Positions 62,140 to 64,000 of a DNA stretch of 64,000 nt are shown piece after piece. Every line of letters begins with the position of its first letter. Positions within the stretch are counted from its first letter, which is position 1. The notes below the pieces were generated by a model. That model was given only the letters and a program-made list of their open reading frames with translations, was not told where the DNA came from and made no database searches. Location: NCBI GenBank assembly GCA_963823665.1, contig CAWGMQ010000010.1, forward strand, positions 1,600,001 to 1,664,000. The letters are read 5' to 3'. The stretch is from an uncultured Planctomycetota bacterium (GTDB lineage Bacteria; Planctomycetota; Planctomycetia; Isosphaerales; Isosphaeraceae). A program made the position numbers and the translations under genes.

Positions 62140-62421
62140 ATGAAGACGGCAACTTTATCCGCCGAGGCCTTATCCCTCTTCCGCCTGCGTGTTGAACGCG
62201 CTGGCGATATTATCGTGAACGATTCCAACCGCGAGATATACCGCGAGTTGGCGCGAGCTGGGTTTATGCAGGCAGTGAGTACGTTCGCGGGCGGCCAAGA
62301 ATCTGCTTACCGTGTAACGAAAGAGGGGTTTGATAGGAAGGCTGAGCTTTCGGGCAGTGTCAAAGCAGTGGGGCAACTCAGCGCGCTCTGGCCCGGTCGA
62401 GCCTCCTCGCGTGATCGGTAA
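62140..62421 (+). CDS. Small hypothetical protein (possible winged helix)
   Basis: GGAGG RBS; YRELARAGFM...YRVTKEG pattern. Confidence 0.65.
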   Translation: MKTATLSAEALSLFRLRVERAGDIIVNDSNREIYRELARAGFMQAVSTFAGGQESAYRVTKEGFDRKAELSGSVKAVGQLSALWPGRASSRDR

Positions 62422-62744
62422 TCGGAGGTTCCGTCTTTGCGACCGCCTTCACTGCTGCCGCGTTAGGCATTTCGCCAGAGCCGGCTACCCTTCTGACCTT
62501 TCAACGGATCGGGATTCGGGACCCCTGAGTCGATAACGATGCCTGTCGTGTTTCCGCCGCTTGGCGTCCATGGAAGTCGAGCACCCACCACCGTCCATTC
62601 CCATCATAGTCCGGCTGGTCGTTCAAGTTTTTCGAGGATGCCAAGTTCCTGTATACGGATGGTGCAGTACTCTTCGAGCTTACCCGCGTACGTTTGAGCG
62701 AATCGCTGGGCATGGTCGGCCCGTCTATTTCTTGGAGCCTTCGC

Positions 62745-63614
62745 ATGCGAAGCTCGGATCCCCGTCCTCGGTGGTTCGGCCCGGCGTTCCGCATGCGTGG
62801 CCTGACGATCGGCGTGCTCGCTATCGGTACATGTCTGGGTTGGTACATGCGAAGCGAAAGAACGCAACGCGACGCGGCGGCGGCGATCAGACGCGCTGGC
62901 GGTTTAGCCCAGTACGACTGGGAGTGGCGCGAAGGCCACGAAGTCGCCGGAGCCACGCCACCAGCCCCGAAGTGGTTACTCGATCGCCTCGGTCTCCGAC
63001 TATTTCGGAACCGTGGTGAGGATTCAATTAATGCCTGATCCTGACGTCTTGGAGGTCCAATTGATGAGCGTTGCTGCGCTGCAGCGAATCGAAGAATTTG
63101 AGACTACGGGCGCGGGAGTAACCGACGCCGCGCCAAGATTCTGGGAGGGCTGAAGGATCTGAGATTCCTGTATCTCACGAACGCAGCTCTGACGGACGCC
63201 GGGTTGAAGTATTTAAGGGGATTGACACAATTGGAGGTTCTGGAACTTCGCACGACGGCCATCACGGACGCTGGCTTGGCGCACCTGAGCGTGCTGACCG
63301 GTTTGAAACGGCTTGACCTTGGATCTTGCCACGGCATCGCCGACCCTGGGCTTGCAAATATAAAAACGCTGACTCGCCTCGAGGAACTCGACCTGGATGA
63401 TTGCAGCATCACCGACGCCGGCATGGTGCATTTGCGAGATCTCCCCAACCTTCGGGTTCTCGCGCTCGGCGAGACGCGCGTGTCCGATGTGGGGCTAGAG
63501 AATCTCAAGGGAAGTTCCAAGCTTTGTGAGCTCTTTGTTGAAAAATCCGCGGTCACACAAGCTGGAAAGGATTCGCTGAGGCGAGCGCTGCCTGGATTGA
63601 AAATCGAGCGCTGA
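62745..63614 (+). CDS. Membrane-anchored leucine-rich-repeat protein; two compensating frameshifts (about 62996 and 63130)
   Basis: N-terminal TM, AIRRAGG..YDWEW, PKWLLDRLG(L)DYFG; repeats ITDAGLAHL..LT.L..LDL. Confidence 0.85.
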
Positions 63615-63887
63615 GCCCGTGTCTGCCGCGATTAAAAACTGGGCCAGGGACGTAAACGGGGACGCGAGAAAACGGTGGGCAATCGGAGATCTGTCCGCAG
63701 ATGCTGCCGATGGGACGCAGATGGGATGACAAGGCCGAGGAAGACGGGAGGGCGTCGGCAGGATGCAGGGCTGAAATGCTGGTTGACCACGGATGGCACG
63801 GATCTTCACGGATGAACGCGGGGGAGGCAACGAAGCTGGTCGGCGCGGGTCGTTGGTGATGGGTACCTTTGCGCTCGCGGGAAGCTT

Positions 63888-64000
63888 GAGACCTCCGGTC
63901 GCGAAGACGGCGGGGTCGGAGACCCGCGCCGAACCGGGCAGGACGCCGCTGGCGGCGCTGAGGGCGAAGGGGAGACCTTCGGTCAGGAAGACGGCGGTGT
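63888..64000. repeat. Two REP-like units (GAGACCTCCGGTC...GGCGGGGTCGGAGACCCGCGCC), second one truncated at the window end
   Basis: Reverse complement of the element at 9156-9200. Confidence 0.75.

Overview
High-GC bacterial chromosome segment whose protein families (LEPR-XLL-type secreted proteins, ECF sigma factors with long extensions, an ECF + Ser/Thr kinase pair, Uma2 paralogues, WD40/TPR/LRR proteins) point to Planctomycetota, probably Isosphaeraceae-like (inference). About ten otherwise intact genes are split by single-base indels, which suggests an unpolished long-read assembly. No rRNA, tRNA or CRISPR array was recognised. Best candidate for an undescribed system: a dedicated type II fatty-acid/polyketide-like cluster (17.7-26.9 kb). 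It has two FabZ dehydratases, an extended AcpXL-like carrier, a catalytically dead plus an intact ketosynthase, a membrane-anchored alpha/beta hydrolase, a GH3 acyl-amido synthetase and a DUF1571-like lipoprotein. Other observations: a 3+2 tandem paralogue array of unknown membrane proteins with a relic of a fourth copy; three gene blocks each bracketed by direct copies of its own repeat family; 'restart-and-extend' nested repeats; and four decayed toxin-antitoxin modules, three with the antitoxin kept and the toxin deleted. All family names come from motif recognition by eye; no database search was run.
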